A DNA stretch of 64,000 nucleotides from positions 3,224,001 to 3,288,000 of the forward strand of contig OZ210885.1 of the NCBI GenBank assembly GCA_964658305.1, written 5' to 3'. The notes under the pieces are model-generated. The model was given only the letters and a program-made list of their open reading frames with translations, made no database searches and was not told the origin of the DNA. Positions 36,580 through 51,055 of this stretch are shown one piece after another; within the stretch, counting starts at the first letter, position 1; every line of letters begins with the position of its first letter. This DNA comes from Leptogorgia sarmentosa. Lineage: Eukaryota. The translations under genes were made by a program, and so were the position numbers.

Positions 36580-39500
36580 ATGAATTTTCTTCGATTATTT
36601 CTGGTGATGTTTCCAATGTCTGCTGCAGTGAAACCTGTTTCCAAAGACGGAAAGCCGTGCACGTTGAGACACTTCAAGAAGGCCAGCTCGGGTTAGTATT
36701 TTTCATATTTCTTTATAGTTTCTTGTGTACTCCACTAAGGACCATGTTTGGCCGGCGCGTTATAGGTTCAGCCAAGGTTCAGTGAAATCAGTGCGCATTT
36801 AGGATGGCATAGTTGCTTGAACTCGCTTGCATGACATGCTTTAAGATGTAGTTAGAACGCCTCACAGTTACCTGTCCTGGTAGTATACCGTTTTCCAGTA
36901 TAGTCTAATTCTCGCCTGCTTGAACTTAATTTAAAAATTAAGTCAATAATTTTATGGAGAACTAATCTTAGACCAAAATGTTGAAACCGTATGCATGCTG
37001 ACCCTGTAAATGTAAACTAGCTATATATTTATAAGTTACGTTAGGGTTAGGGTTAAGTTAAATTAAGTTAAGTTAAGTTAACTAGCTATATATTTATAAA
37101 ATTAATTTTCCTCGATAGCTCTAAAAGTTCAAACGCGTTTGCCTTCAGAGGCCCACGTAATGCCACGTATCACATGAGTGACAATTTCAACACATGTTGT
37201 TTTTTTGACAGGAAACCAAGCACTTCGTCCATCAAACTTGATCTCAAGTCACAACGTTGATCTTTTGGCAGAATGCCATATTCATTGTGTAAATGCAGGC
37301 AATTGTTACGGTTATAACTTCAGAGTCAGACCTAGCAGTATTTATACAGTCAACTGCCAGTTGAGTAACAGCTCCGTGAAAATGAACATGACAAAGATGA
37401 GGAATGGAGCTTGGAATTTCTACGAGGATGTTTTGGTAAGAATAATATAACCAGCAAATGATCCTATATTCCACGAAAATTCGACTTTTAAAACGAGCCT
37501 CGTTGAACTCATCGCTGTACAATTGTCTTACCGTAAATTTTGTCACCCCACAGGTCACCAAAGGTAAGCGAAAATTATGAATTGATGCAGCTAGTCCTTC
37601 AATACAGGTAAACGCATAAATAAATATATCGATAAACTTACTACGTATTGAAAGATGAGACAAGATTCAACTTTTCCAGGAAAGGACCCTTCGGGGAAGG
37701 TAGTTTTCAATGCTAAATTGAATTTTGTTGTGTAGTGGACGGAAATTTGATGTATAGCTACTATAAAGCTATTGTTCGCTACCTATACTGGCTACATACG
37801 TACATCAAAATTTGTAAATGCGTGGAGGTTACATGTCGTTATAGAAAATATTATTGTCATTCCTACTAAAGCAGGCATTTTACGCAACAGTGCACTAGTA
37901 CTGCACTGACTCAGTTAAAATTTCCCTGTAAAACTAAACTGCACTGTATCTTAATTATTTTAGATGTTGACGAATGCTCTCAGGATAGTCACAAATGTCA
38001 TCCCAATGCAACATGTATGAACACTCCAGGTTCTTACGACTGTCAGTGTAGAAGTGGATACACTGGAAATGGCCGCACTTGTAAAGGTACTGCAACTTCT
38101 CGAATAATGAACATGCAATGAGGTCGAGTAGGATATGAGGAATTGTTATTACCGAGTTTTGTGTTATTTGCTGAAGCGAAGTCTGAGGCAAATAACACAA
38201 ACCGACGCCTTAATAGTTCAGCATATCCTACGAGAACCGAATTTAATGATTGTTTTATTATTTATTTGTATCCGACTTAGTGTAAACGGTTGCATTGTAG
38301 ACAAGAACTTGTATTTTTCGCCGCTTTTAGCATAAGCAGCATAAATTAGTCGACGTCATAATGTCATATAATTTTATATATACGACATAATTACGTCACA
38401 ATGTTGTATATGAGTTTTCAATATACGACATAATTACGTCATAGTGCTGTAAATGTGTTTTACGGAGCAGATAATTATGACGAATTCTCCCACTGCTCTT
38501 AACCATTCAAAACTCTTGAATTATTTTAAATAAATAATAATAATAAAAGAAGTAATTATTTTCAGACTGCACTAACTGGAATGAAGTTTATCCGTCATGT
38601 GATTGTTTTATATAGATATTGACGAATGTTTGGACAAGTCCAATCATTGCGACTCAAATGCAAACTGCACAAATACTGACGGTTCATACAAATGTAAATG
38701 CTTTCACGGTTACCAAGGGAATGGACAGAATTGTACAGGTAAAATCTTGTCAATATTTTTTTCCATATTCACTTGTATAAAAACAACCGTGATTTTCTTC
38801 TGACCACCCATTAGTTCAGTCGACCTTTGGCGCATTTTCTCACCATTGTTTTAATTTTTCAGACATTGACGAATGTTCTGAAGGCAGCCATGAATGTCAC
38901 GCTGACGCAACCTGTGACAACACTCAAGGATCATACAATTGCACGTGTCCCAGTGGAAAATATTGCAAAAATCTCAAAGGTGATCTATTTTGTAGTCAGT
39001 AAAATTATGTATTTCAGTTTCGTTGGTATGTCCAAAAGAGTGAAGAGATGTTTTTTTTTCTATGTTTCCAAGGATCGTTAAGTTCGTATATATGGAATAT
39101 TAATTTACCCCATACAAAAATTGATATAGCTACAGTATATTTTAAAATAGCATGAATCTATAATTTATTCCTATCCGCCATTGTTTGGTTAAATTTGTAT
39201 TGACCTAGACGTGTCAGAGATATTGAAAAATGAACCAAACGAATTCGGAAAGAAGTTGGAAGAGTGGTTGCCAAAAACAGGAAATTGGCGCATTTGTTGG
39301 AGAGCAGCGCGACATGGTTGGGCTGCGAGTGCATTTCATTCAAATTGTGATGGAAAATCACCAACCTTAACTATCGTTCAAGTCATCAAAAACAGCAAAA
39401 AGTTTGTTTTCGGCGGTTATGCTACAGTGCCATGGAACATCAACAGTAAGTTTGAAACGATTACAGTTATGATTTATTATTTTAATCATGCATTAGGTTC

Positions 39501-40663
39501 TTCTCTTCGCTCCATCTTAGCTGACTCTTACTGAACGACAATTTCATTAATTGGATTTGTTACCTGCATGGTCCGGCAATGACTGCAATTATTGTGATAC
39601 AGAGATTTGTTGATCAAATTAGACAAAAACACGATAAGAATCTGCTAAAGGTTTGTCTCAGGCTTCAAGGTGAAAAATCTGAATGCGTAATCATGCATAT
39701 TTTGATACATGCATGACATTTTGCTTAAATCCCGGCGTTATTTATGAATGTACAGTCTACAGTGCCCTGCAGTATAAAATAAATTGCCAGTATATATACC
39801 ATGATACCGTTCTGTCTTTAAACATGCAGCTATAGATGTCCAGGTAAATTTACAACTTCAATAATATGAACCAGCATACTTTTTAACTTTGGTTTACAGG
39901 GACTTTTCATAATTTCAATTTTATGCCTGAATGAGATAGCAGGGAGATTAGTTAAAATCTGGCCTCGTGTAAAAGGACTAAAGGAGTGCCATCTTGAAAT
40001 GGGATTCGAGTAATTAAATACGCGTATTATTAGTAGGTGGTTTTCCACCAATGTGTTCATGTTTAGCCTACGTGGCACAATGTTGATTTAGCTCTTTATA
40101 CTGGACCGGTGTTAATTTAACAATTTATCACATCAAATTTACTCATTATGGAGAGAAAATTAAATCTTCATTCAGGAGTTAAGGTCGTTTTATTTCTCCC
40201 ATCCACACTGGCACCGCCCGCTCGTAATTTTCTGAATTGCTTTGAAACTGATGATCTTTATCACGACTGAAATACCCGATTACTAAGAGACAGAGCAGTA
40301 ATCATATCTGACCCAGGATTGTTGTGTTTTTTTTTGGCAGATGGTCATTGGTCATCTGCTCCAGGATCATTTTTGTTCTCTCTGCGCAACAAAGATAACC
40401 TTCCACCATTCAAGGCTCCGCTGAAAGACCAGAATCACGGGAATGCAATTTGGCGTTACAGTGGATATGGACCAACGTTTGGTGATGGTCACGACCTGTA
40501 CATTGCCAGCAATGCGAAATCAAACACCAACTCCTACACGAATTTTGGTCACACCTACCAAGCTCCATCTGGATACACTTACGGCCAAGCCAACACACAA
40601 TCCCTCCTGGCAGGAAGCTATTACTTCACTCCATCAGAAGTCGAAGTCTTGTATCTAAATTAA
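36580..40663 (+). CDS. Copy D: intact secreted PAN-EGF(x3)-TLDc protein, ~422 aa; exons 36580-36691, 37212-37435, 37554-37563, 37964-38086, 38616-38738, 38863-38979, 39209-39445, 40341-40663
   Basis: All GT-AG, summed CDS 1269 nt in frame; signal peptide [16 protein letters not shown]; same domain motifs as copy C. Confidence 0.85.
38117..38540. repeat. Interspersed repeat with internal palindrome; related copy at ~59640-60180 (reverse complement)
   Basis: tgaggtcgagtaggat.tgaggaatt...atcctacgag.accgaatt and gtcgacgtcataatgtc blocks shared. Confidence 0.6.
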
Positions 40664-43571
40664 AAACCTACTTCAACAATGCCATAAGGTAAATGATTTT
40701 AACATTAAGCAGAATATACCAAAATGATTTGAAAAAAAGCCTACTCCCATGTAATCTCCATGATTGTAAAACACACCTCAATCAATTTTATAATTTAGTG
40801 AGCATAAAATTTCCGTGTCTAAAAATCGACAAATCATAGCAATCTATAAAGACTTCTTCCTAAAATACATAACAGCCCTAGACGTTTATTGCATCATTTA
40901 CAGTAATTTTTTATAGAAAAGTAGATAAAGTTTTGCTGTTGTAGCTATATCCAGCCACATTGTGATGATAGATAGAATGGAATTCGTCCATGAATATTGT
41001 AGAAATGCCTCAACATAACCAAGAAAGAACAAATTGTTTTCGTTGGACTATAATGAGGAAAAATACAAAACATGCACTTTTGGTATTATCTATAAATGCA
41101 GTTAACGTTAATTACTTTTTACTACTGCATGCCTAATTACCGGGTTGAATTTAACTAAAAGTTAAATGCTTTAATTACAATTAAATTTGTCATATTTGCA
41201 ACATTATAAAGTAAGAATTCCAAATATTTTTACCTGCATGGAGTATAGCGTGATCCAAAATCACGATGTTTTTTATAACAACAAAAAGGTCAAAGTTGTA
41301 AATGTGAGCAATAAAGTTTCCGTCTCCTATTATCCGAGATTGTAGTCAGAATATAACAAAATTAAACTCTGTCTATAGTTCACGATTGCTTTAAGATTGC
41401 TTCGTGTTCCATTTTCTAATCCTTACTTTATTGTAGTTGTTTTTTAGAACGTAAAAGGAGGCATCGTGTTTATGTCTTGATATATGCATCCAAAATTCCA
41501 ATATATAGGACATCGATCTCGCTTAGTTCAGCTTGTTGCATGATGCTGTTTGGTATCATGTAATCTCGCAACATATAATTTAAATTTCTTAATTTTCTTA
41601 TCTTATTTGCACATTTTCATTATAAAGGTTGTAGATATATACGTACACCCTGTATGATTGTAATAATTTAGAGATAACTTGTAGCTATAGCTACTACGCT
41701 AGCTTGTTAAAAATCTGGTTACTTGTAGGTTGAATGACATAGCGATAAAACTGTCATTGTTTCAAGTTTCCTAGAAATTTAAATCTGTAGTCAAGTCCGT
41801 TTTGCGCATGCGCATTTTTCTCTTATCAATCTTATACGAAGTCTGCGAATTGGAAATTAGCAAATTATGCTTTACTCCACGTGTAGCGTATGCATGATTA
41901 CATGGTTGAAATGTGATGCCATTCAGTAGTATAATCACACATACAACAGCGTGGACGTACAAAATGGTCTTGACTATTGGTATAAATTAAGTTCTGCATG
42001 ACATGTTCAGAATTGTTTGTTTAATTGTTATAAGGGCAATAAGTAACTAGTTTGAAGGAACTTTTGTTTTAAAATTGCATGCATAATACATAATACATAA
42101 TACATAATACATGCACTCGCACAAATAGACAAACACTGTAGTATAGTATTTAACATTGTATGCATGGGTTCATTTGTTAAATAAAAATTTGGGAAAATCA
42201 TAGTTGTCTGAATATGTTTAAGAATTGTTTTACAATAATTGAACTGTACAACCAAACGTAATGATCTACAAAATAATACTTCTTTTTGCGAAGCATAAAG
42301 TCAGTAAATTCGAAATTTTATTTCTTATTTTAAGAATTGCAATTTCTCTTGTATTTCAACAAAAATGTGAAATTTGTCGAAGACTTCAAGGTACTGTGCC
42401 GTTGCTAACTGCAACAATAGAGTAATTCTTGCTGTACTAATGAGGGATTCACTTATTACAACACTAGCTAGCGATTCCCTTTCATACGCTTTGATCCGAA
42501 AGGGGGTAGTAAATTGGCCCAACTACAGTAGAACCCCGCTAACTCGAATTCGCCTATATCGAACTCCCCGTTAACTCGAATTAACTAAATCCAATTTCCC
42601 CTGGATTTGACAGTGGCGTAAATCTTCAGCTATATGGGCCCCCGGTTGAACTGGTGTGGGGTCCCCTTGATTATACCTCAGCCCTCTTAGCTTCACATTT
42701 TTACCGTGCTAACTCTAAAATATTGTGCTGAATTCCACGGTACATTTTGGGAGAAAATATAATAGCTATATTTAGTGTACTACATCAATTGTACCTATAA
42801 AAACACACTAAAAAAGTTCCGTGTTTTTAAATTGCGTGAAAACAGAAACAATGACAAGAATAAAAGTTCCACCTATAATATATACAACAATTAATTTTCT
42901 GTCAACATGCCAGCACAATCTAGAAGGCAACCAAATTGTTCCAGCTACTGAATGATATTAATCATTTTGTGATGCAGCCAACTTTTTTGTGTCTTCAGCT
43001 TCAATAGAGATTGTTTGAATTTGATATCAGCCAATACCCCCAAAGAAGTCTCTTCCCCAGGGTACACGCCTGGCTTAAAGGGAAATCATTTTTCTAGTAC
43101 TGACGGTAAGCGGTGAAATACTTTATTACCTTGTCCAGCACAATGGTTATCATGTTGGATCGCTGTTTGTGCGTAAGGTTGATTGCGAGGCGAGAGTTAC
43201 TATTTCCACTCGGTCATTTACATCCGGGTTGATACGAAAATGACTAGGTATAAAAGTATCCATGTCATGGACGTTTGAGGAACGAATTCGTATATATCGC
43301 GGACAACAGCGTCGACCGGGGGGGGGGGGATCGAGGGGACTTTTTCATTTGGGGAGGAAGGGGCGAACATCTTGTTATCCCCCACTATTTACTATAACGT
43401 GTTTTCTTTTTCCGGTGACTACAGTCATCATAGAAGTTTAAGTTTTACTGCAATATATTACTTTGTGGTAACAATATTTCATTCCTACACCTGAACGAGC
43501 CTATCAAAAACGAGAAGAGTTAAAAAGAGCTAAATAAAGCGTTTTTAAACTTTAAAAAGTTTTTATAGTCA

Positions 43572-46500
43572 TCAGCCCGTCATTCGATATGTCAGCCAAT
43601 AAAACAAGTTGAAAATCAAAAATAAGACAGGATACAAGATTCTCATGAAGTATTCTATTCTGTCGCTGATCTGTAGCATGTTGACGCCATTCCCATGTGA
43701 TTCGTTTTTTACTTCCGGTATGTAATCCGCCCCACGGGACGTGTGAAATGCAGGATCTGCGTTACAGCAACCAAATCCATAGTTATCCAAGAAATTTGAG
43801 GATTGAATTTCTTGTTTCGCCTTAAAGATAAGCCAATCGGTTGAGGTTATATATAAAAACGCTAGCTAAACGCTAGCAACAAAATGAATTTTATATAGAT
43901 TCTGTATTTCTACATTGTTTTTCATATTTCGAAATATTCCTTCTGTAAAAGTTACTTTTATTTTTTCATTTTTTATTATCATGCTTTGCAACCAGGCCTT
44001 AAAATCCACCACGTTTGGGTGGCAAATTTATTGTTTTTTACGATTATTTTCGTGATAAGATGAAAAAGTAAAGTTCTTTGCTTGCAAACAATTATTTGAC
44101 ATTTACTGTCAGTAGCTTCTTTTTCATTTGTTTGAAAACTTTTATCTCCCAGCGACGGGTGTAAGCCTTGAGCGAGTGTGCTAATTCCGAACGGCTATTT
44201 ACATCCGGTAAACGACAGTATAGCGGAGTCGGAAGTTCGTCAATTTGGCGGCCATTTTGGGACGTCGGGCATCGTAGGTAATCACTGATCTCAAAACTAA
44301 GGTCGACTGTCATGAAGATCAGAAGAAATGCTTTTGAAAATGTGAACTACTCAACGAAAATACGCATTTTTTCTTTTGGTGTAATGACGTATTATTGCGC
44401 TGCGTGACTACTACACCCAACATGCTTTACAAGAATCGTAACAGAAAATGACTACGAACACTCGCAAATCATCGTGGTAGTTACAGTCACGCAGCACAAC
44501 AAAACGTCATTATGCATGAGATCCATTTTGTTCAAATTTGCCTCGGTCATTTTGCGACTCAAAAAAGACTAATGTAATGCCTGGTCGCATAGCGTGAGAA
44601 AGGATATTTCTAAACTATTCTCATCAAAATACAAATAATGAATGTTCACGAGTGCAATGGTAAGAATATTTTCATGAGGTGAAAGATGGAATGTTCCATT
44701 CAACGAGGCGATGACACCAAAATAAATCATTGACACGCCGTTTTGTTAGTTTACTAAATAAAATTCCATCGCTCACATGATCGCGCCACGTTCATGGATT
44801 CGCCATTAAATGCATGCGATAATAACATTTTGAGTGATTGAAAATAATTATAACCACCGTGCAAACGGTTCCATTGCACGATCATGAAAATGGAATTTCT
44901 ATTTATATAACGTGATCGTAAATATCCAATTAAATCGCGTTAATTTAACAAAGTGTTATATAATTAGTAATGATTATCTCCTACTGTCAACTAGTAAATG
45001 AAACATAAACTAAACCAATTCGTTTGATGAATAACATAATTCATTTCCACAAACCAATATCCTTACATACCTTTTCAAAGACAGGAGAAGTCGCCTTCAT
45101 TCGTTGCAATTTTTGTCTGTGCTTCGTGCTGAAATAATTCACAATGCTGTATTCACATAGAGCTGCAAACACGAACATAAAACAGCCAATGTAGTACCAA
45201 TCCAATGCCTTGATATACGAGACCACAGGCAAGCCTTGCTGACCAACACCAATAAGTAAGGTGGTCATTGTGAGGATGGTTGTTATACCCATGCCAACCC
45301 TGGCTGGCGCACAATCACGATCCACAAAGAATGATAACCAGGATATTATAACTACCAAAATGGCTGGGATGTAGTTGTGAATCAAATAGAACTGAACGCG
45401 TCGATGGAAATGTATGTGAAGGGTGAGGGCGTCAAACTCTCCTGAAGAAAGAAATATAAAAACTTATTTTCTTTTCTCCGCAGAAGATCATTTTTTTAGC
45501 GCAACTGTCGCGGCATACTTGTCTCATTATGATTTATCTTGCGTAGACATTAGCGGCAGCCTCACTATTCCTCATGGCATGGAGGACAGCTTTGAAGCGA
45601 TGGGGTTACTCATTCTCAATATTGATCGATAAAGTCAATTTTAATCTTAGATTCCCATTTATTGTACAAAAAATTAAATTTCCGTTTTAGCATCCCAAAA
45701 CGTAATCCATAAACCTAACCCTAGCCTCGGCATTCCCACCCTAAACACTGAAAACAGTTTGAGAGCTAGAGAGTGAGAAATAAAATCGATGAGAGAAAAA
45801 ACAAATCGTACGCTGCGCCATTGCCAAAAACGCCTGCAGCTGGCTCACTGAAACAGTTCTAAATTAAGACAAAAAGTTAGCTAATGAGGACTGGAAGAGG
45901 TGCGCATGCTGAGATAGATCTGAAATAGCTCGAGTTGTTCCAAGATCTGAAATAGCTCGAGTTTTCTAAGTTTAGTTTAACATACGAGAGTGACACCTAC
46001 CTACGATGTGATGACGCAACGACTTTGTGGTCTCAATCTCTCCAATGTCAAACTGTGGTATGACTAGTTCATTTTTGAACACTGTTGTTTCGGTTTTGTT
46101 TGTGCGCCATTTAAGGACAAGGTCTTTCGTTGTGTAACCATCTACATCAAGAGATAAATCAGTAAAAACTATACTATTATTTCAATTCGACCTAACAGAA
46201 GCTAGTAGAGACCAGTATACGTACAGCTCATAATAATCAAATTGCATTTTTGGTTGTCCATTGGGAAATTGTAGAATTCCATTGGACAAGACATCGCCAG
46301 GGTGAGCCTACATAGAATAAAATAAATAAAAAGTGAGAAACCAGAAATTCTACCCAATTTCGAGCTTCTCCCAAATTTCCACAAGTGTTTCTATAACTTA
46401 TTATAGAATAACCGGAAGTAAGTGAAAAAGACTGCGCGCGCGTGATTGGCTAACAGCCGTGTTGATGTGAGATTATGTAAACACAGCTATTTCCCGCCGC

Positions 46501-49500
46501 TTCTCGCTATTGCGTTATTCCGCTTTTGTCATCGTGCTATTTTATAAAAGTAATAGAAAACATTTTCCTATCTTTACATTGAGCTATGTAAACACTCGTG
46601 CAATTTTGGGAGAACTCGAAATGTGTGGAAACAATTAAAGATACTTAATGAGACCGACCAAATGTCTTTACATGGCTACATGGACACTGCTTTAACCGTT
46701 GCTAGAAACTACAACCCGTTACATCACAACTGTAAAATACATTGGTAGTATTAAATGATTTTAGCTGTTGTCGGTCTAAATTCACATATCTGTAATTGGT
46801 TGGTTTATGAATACCCCCCCCCCCCCCCCCAGGCATATTCGAGATTTACACCCCTGATTCAGTACTGAAACACCAACATGAATAATATTACCTGCTACTG
46901 AAGTAGATCAAACCATTCTGGTACAATCGTAGAAATTGATTTCTTTTCATAATTGTGTGGAACTTGCCTTCCTTTTCATTATCAAAATATACATCTGGAA
47001 GCCATATTTTATCCAAAATTGAACTAGATGAAAATCCGATATATTCCTTGTCTGTGAGGTTCAAACGATCAAAGGCTAACCTTGGATCTCTCCATGTTAG
47101 CCGAAAGTACACTTGCATATCGAATTCCTGGGAAAAAGACGCGACAGAGTTTTAGTAAGTGTGGACACATACAGTAAGAGGAATCAATTCGTTTTTTTCC
47201 AATACAGAACTACATCATTTGGTGAAAAGCAATAAGTCGAACCAGGATGAAAGTTGGTAGAGTTTGACAGAGTTGGCAGTTGGCACCCGTGCGATCTCGG
47301 GTTAGCAGTTAGCTGTATTCAATATATGTTATCCAAACACAGCCATGTACCTTTGATATTGACGTAATAACGCAGTAAAAATCAGGGGCGTATGAATCGA
47401 GGGGAATAGAGAGCCAAAGCGCCCCCTCCCCCAACTCTTCGAAATCCCTCAAAAAGTGCTCTTTTCCTTTGAGGTATAAAGTGTCCTTTTTGGATATATG
47501 TGTCAATGTCAAATACCCTTTCCACCAGATGCCCCCCACCCCCCCCCCCCCTCCAACTTCAATGTGCTTCCTACGCCCTTGGTCAAAACGCTCGTCATGC
47601 ACTCTTTTATTTTCTCAGTTCGAGGCTTAAACTTTGCCCTTAAAATTTTCCCTCCCATTGGGGGTGCATAGGCGTGGTCAAGGGTGGGGGGGGGGGCAAG
47701 AAGGGGCTTCGACCATTTTTGACAAATTTTTGACTACATTACTCTGTAAACCCACATGCATTCGCTCATTTCTTTCCCTTATTGTGGAAAAGGCGTGTCA
47801 TTCAATGGCTAAAATGCCTGATTGTTCTTACTGTAAAACTTTCCTGCGTTAACGACTCATTTACGCGCAAATCAAAGGCTGTTGAAATTAGATTCGGTTT
47901 TTTTCATACACCGTTCATTGAAGAAAAGCAATCAATATAACCTTACCATGTCTGATTCTTTGATATCATTTATAGAAACAATGAATATTGAAACTCTGAC
48001 TACAACTGGCTCGCCTGCAACAATAATAGTATAATAAAGTCAGATAACGCCCAGACAAAACAAATTTGGATAGCTCTATCAGTTGTTCATTCTCATCTTT
48101 TAATAGCGAGCAGAAATAAATAAATGCACGTATCGAATTAAGACACATTTTGTAAAATGTATATATTTCGAGTGAAATAAATTTCTTGAATTTATTTATT
48201 GATTCACCCTAAGCACATTTCGCAGGCATTACCTTGATCGTAAATACGCATTGATTTCGCTTGCTTGCGTGAATATTGAAACCTTCGTACTCCAGAGCAG
48301 TGCACCGGCATCGCAAATCGCGCAGGCGTAGGATCGATACAGGTGCGTCCTTTTTTGATTATGTATAAGTGTCAATGTCAAATACCCGTTTCACCAGGCA
48401 AATGCTTTAGATGACCCTCCAACTTCAATATATTTGTTTCCTACGCCCCCTGGTTGTATAACTGCCTGAGTCTTATATACTCTCTTAATTCATATTGCCA
48501 ATCATATTGCTCAAACTTCGCGTGTGTGGCAATAGCAGACGAAGAATAAGCTTCTTTAAATTGAAAATCGATTGAAATTTGATTGAAAAGTCACTCTTTT
48601 AGATTGATTTTTCTTTTAATCGCCCACAGAATTGATTTTCAATAGAAAAAGTTTGGTCCGTAAAAACAATCCCAAAGAGATTGTTCTTACGGATAAATAG
48701 ATTGAATTTTCAATCGTTTAAAGAGTGGTTGATGAATTCTTCTCGATCTCATGGGGAAAGCTGAATCCAATAATAGTTTTATTATACAATTAAAGACGTA
48801 AAAACCATAAAACAATTGACCGAATTCGAAGTTTATTATTGGTTTATGTACAGTACAACAGTTCTGCAATTGAGCGGAAAGCGTAGATCAGCGCTTTGTA
48901 GCTTTCTTTGAACTGTCACTGATATAGTCATTCTAAAAAGTGTTTTCATCCAAGAAAACAAAATCTACTGTGAGCCATTTTGTTTATTGTATTTTCGTGC
49001 GCTTTTAGGTTCGAGTTGCCACCCGCGTCAGGGATTCAACTTGAATAATACCGAAAATTAAGAATTAGTCGATGACTGGCTTCTGACCAATCAGGAACGA
49101 GAATGCGTACTACTAAATGTATAATAATGATTGTTCTTCCTATTTTAAATGATCAAAATTGCTCGACTAATTAACAAATAGATTACGAACTTGAAATGGG
49201 TGCCAAACCCGAATCAACTAGCCATAGAATTTACTGTAGCTGCATGATTTTCCCATTGTTGTATCATAGTCCCTTTCATTTAAAGTGTACGTTGGTTTTC
49301 TTTTCACAGTCGTTATTGTTATATATTGTGATTCCGAGCATAAAATTATAGTCATTAGTCAATTCCTCTGGGCAACTATATATTGGTTTGTAATCAACTC
49401 GCCTTCGGAGACTAATTGTTAACTGACCCAATCACATAGTACAGCAGGAGGCAAAACAAAATTTAGATAGTCTAAAACTGTATACAGGTGTAGTGTAAAT

Positions 49501-51055
49501 ATAAATTATAAAGTATACTGACCATTTTCACATGGGCGCATTTCTTTGTCGTATCTCTCCGGATCAAATAATTTCGTGATGGATTTCACATCATTCGGGC
49601 AACCAGTTCTTTGGAAAAAGGAGAATTTTTAAGTGCTCATGAGTATTCTCAAATTATATGTTTTTTTGTATTAGCAAAACGATTAAGACGAAGATTTTCT
49701 GTATGTCACGCAGCTATCTCGCGCTCAAAACTCAAATTCGTCGAAATATATTGAGAATTCTCAGTTGGCAGACTGATATAAAAAGTTAGTTGAGTTTGTA
49801 ATTAAAGACATAAACCGAAAATAAAAAGATTTTGGAGGGTACCCAAGGAGAAAATTACGTTTGAAATCTTGCATTTATTGTGGAAACCAAGGGAAAATAC
49901 GGTGCTAGTCATTTACTAAGCTGATTTGTCCACTTCAATGGCTTTGAATAAGCGACAACCAGCATCCCTTCCACTCTCATAATTCATCGTTTAAGGTTTT
50001 GGAACGACAACTTTTTTGCGTTCACATGCAAGCTATAATCGTAATTGGCTGGCCCGTTCATCAGGGGCCAACGTCAATCTTGCATACAAAACACAACTCC
50101 ACATTAAATGTAAATTGAGTTAGCAAGTTTTGCTGGGAAAAACTTCTTTTGCCAGTTATACTTGTAACAATGAATATTTTCTGAAGAATGTGCATTTTTT
50201 CTTTAATCTCACTGATAAAGTAGTTGTTGATTCAAAACATGTCTAATAAAGCATGTTCTTGACCTTCCTAGCGAACCCAACACTATATTTAACTCGCTAA
50301 TGAGCTCTTTCGACAAATTTTGGATTGTTGATGTTTCACCGGTCTTAACCGGTCGGCAAGCCGATCAGGCGCCGTCTAAAACCCCGATAAAACGCGACCT
50401 TTAGCTCCTTTTGTAATAAACGATACCAGAGACTAAATTTTGATTAAGACAAGAGGAAAAAACTATAGGTCAACTGAGCACAGCTGCGTGAAAGAAGCAT
50501 CTTACATATACAATTAGTGAAATAATAAACTTAAAGTTTTAATTCCGAAATGTTGTTAATACGAATTCAAAATACAGCCATACAAATTATGCAAATTTTG
50601 TATATTTTTGTATTTCGTGCTCAATATAAAAATTGTGCATTTTATTAGTTGTTCCTTTTATTTGTACTGTTACTGTCTCTTAACACGTTTTGCTTTAATC
50701 AAATATACATTGCGGATTTTAACAATAGCTTTAGGCTGTTTTTTGAGTGCGTGTTACAAAAGTATACAAAACTTGCAAAGTATATGCTTGCAGCTTTTAT
50801 GCACAATTTTCACAACCAACATATATTATTTTGCTAAATTTATGACGCTAATTCTAGCTGTGGGGATGGCTTTCGTTGTTGTTCAGATCAAAATTTAGTC
50901 CATGGCTTGAATAATTAGTATCCTATCTCTGCGCTCATAAACGTTAACATACAGTTTATGACTTACGTCGAACTGGTTGTATTCCCCAATGCTCCGCTTT
51001 TTCCCACGAGAGCAGTAATAAACAGCGACAAAGGAAGATACGAATCTCCGAACAT
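43572..51055 (-). CDS. Anion-selective Cys-loop ligand-gated ion channel subunit (GABA-A/glycine receptor-like), ~440 aa; exons 51055-50967, 49608-49523, 48014-47947, 47127-46892, 46307-46225, 46141-46001, 45441-45071, 43820-43572
   Basis: Signal-peptide-like exon 1, YDKEMRP, W.DPRL, WLPDVYF, Cys-loop CPMEFYNFPMDNQKC (C-x13-C), M1 YIPAILVVIISWLSF, PAR-M2, M3 YIKALDWY, M4 RILYPVLFLIFNLFYW; phases consistent (1323 nt); exon 1 less certain. Confidence 0.9.
48495..48685. repeat. Dispersed repeat; reverse-complement copy at ~61855-62045
   Basis: atattgctcaaacttcgcgtgtg.ggcaatagcag ... gattttcaatagaaaaagtttggtccgtaaaaacaatc shared. Confidence 0.7.

Noticed and set aside
37040..37082. TTAGGG telomere-like repeats
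   Set aside because: Only two units, grading into ttaag simple repeats; not an interstitial telomere array
44092..44313. Additional M3-M4 loop exon of the Cys-loop gene
   Set aside because: Flanking exons already join in phase 0; no convincing splice sites; the region looks repeat-derived
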